A stretch of 64,000 nucleotides of DNA from Cenococcum geophilum (Eukaryota). Of the stretch, positions 62,905-64,000 are shown piece by piece (the stretch's first letter is position 1; every line of letters begins with the position of its first letter). The notes beneath the pieces are model-generated. The model saw only the letters and a program-made list of their open reading frames with translations, was not told the DNA's origin and did no database searches. The stretch spans positions 4,960,001 through 5,024,000 of the forward strand of contig CP158635.1 in the NCBI GenBank assembly GCA_050273025.1, in the 5' to 3' direction. Both the position numbers and the translations under genes were made by a program.

Positions 62905-63340
62905 TTATTAAAATCTATAACCTTTAGATAAGGTGGTTTTTCAAATAGACCTTCTTAAGGTGCTTTTATGGCTAGGTTAACTTAGGCCTAAATTTGCTAA
63001 TCTATAAGGGCTTATAGTTGCTAGATCTATTACTCCTAGTCTTCTAGCTTATTAAGGATAATTGTAGTAGACGAACTCAACGTTAGTGGAGTTATTTAAC
63101 TGATAGGTAGATGGGAATTAAGATGGAATTTAACATTAGGATTGTCCTTATCGTTAGGATTATCCTTTAATAATTAAGGTGGAATCTTGTGGAATCTCGT
63201 CCTGTAACAATTAAGGTAGGATTTTAATTAGGGTTATCTTGTAATAATAAGGTGTCAGAGTCTAATAATAAGGTAGAATTTCTTTAAATAATTAAGTAAT
63301 AGCTAAATAGCTTCTTATGTCGGCGGACCGGGCTTATAAC

Positions 63341-63523
63341 TGTTAGATAACTTATATAGAGCTATTTATTAATAAAATAGGTTGATTAATTAATGATCTT
63401 AATTGTCTTGATAGATGCTTAACCTAGGGCCCCTGGGCTTAGACGAAGATATTTATAATACACGTGACCCATACACGTGGCCCGTGCACGTCCTACGCCA
63501 CCGAGAATATAGATTATCTAACA
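63341..63523 (-). repeat. 5' LTR of copia element
   Basis: TG...CA termini, direct repeat of 52371-52553, followed on the minus strand by PBS-like GTTATAAGCCC. Confidence 0.93.
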
Positions 63524-63799
63524 GTACCTCATCAAAAGTGTCCAGTCCGAGGCTATACCAAAAATGATATTTTTTACCCAAATGCTATATAAAAGCCATA
63601 TAATTAATTCCGGAGTTTTAAAAACAATCTAAAGTTGCTTATAGATATATAATCTAGTAATTGCGATACTTTTTTTACTGTTTAAAATCTACAGTCCCTT
63701 ATTAAAAATCCATACAAATTTAAAAGAAAAAAAATATTTAAAGGTTTATAATAAACCTTTCTGCTTTTAAATATAAATCTTTATAAGATATTGAATTTA

Positions 63800-63926
63800 T
63801 ATAAGGTGATAAGCTCCGCACCACTTAGCTATATAAACCTACAAAAGGTAAACAAGTGACTGGCTTAATGCTAGGCACGGCTGTGCGGAACAATATATAT
63901 AGGCGAGGTGACTTCGTCACTTGACA
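63800..63926. mobile_element. Short solo LTR (127 bp), RIP-altered
   Basis: TATAAGGTGA (RIP form of TGTGAGGTGA)...GTCACTTGACA; 5-bp TSD ATTTA on both sides; homologous to 51793-51940. Confidence 0.75.
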
Positions 63927-64000
63927 ATTTATAAAATATATATTAAATATTATAGATTTAATAGAGAATTAGCAGGATATTTAAAAGAGTCATTGGTTTT

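Larger units (their letters stand above)
52371..63523 (-). mobile_element. Ty1/copia LTR retrotransposon, RIP-inactivated, with nested LINE
   Basis: 183-bp LTRs 52371-52553 and 63341-63523; TSD GTACC (52366-70, 63524-28); minus-strand remnants KLDPRA (about 55070), KCKARLVV (about 54170), SDALFADNSVNRKSSQGY (about 53140) in INT-RT-RH order; about 5.56 kb without the LINE. Confidence 0.93.

Noticed and set aside
51793..63926. Idea that the two short LTRs bound one large composite element
   Set aside because: Each has its own distinct 5-bp TSD, so they are independent solo LTRs
1..64000. tRNA, rRNA, snoRNA, CRISPR or Starship captain
   Set aside because: None recognisable by eye; the tandem arrays are TE subterminal repeats; Infernal/tRNAscan would be needed to exclude small RNAs

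Overview
Filamentous ascomycete (Pezizomycotina) genomic DNA: spliceosomal introns with GT..CTAAC..YAG signals and repeats mutated by RIP (repeat-induced point mutation). Positions 1-51 kb hold about 20 protein genes. Housekeeping genes: ALT1, RPN7, ABD1, PEX11, GIT1, MED7, DPP1, MEU1, TIM17. Accessory genes: FAD monooxygenase, PTH11-like membrane protein, DUF2235 hydrolase, enoyl reductase, MOSC protein, Mx-like dynamin, BTB protein. Four MITEs have readable TIRs and TSDs. The main observation is an AstC/DrtB-like HAD-terpene-cyclase gene (drimane type) cleanly interrupted by a 450-bp hAT-type MITE with an 8-bp TSD. Positions 51.7-64 kb are a RIP-degraded transposon island: a complete Ty1/copia element (183-bp LTRs, TSD GTACC) with a full-length Tad1-like LINE nested inside it (16-bp TSD), flanked by two short solo LTRs. 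All calls come from reading the sequence and recalling motifs; no searches were run, and multi-exon gene spans are approximate. I found no convincing wholly new biological system.
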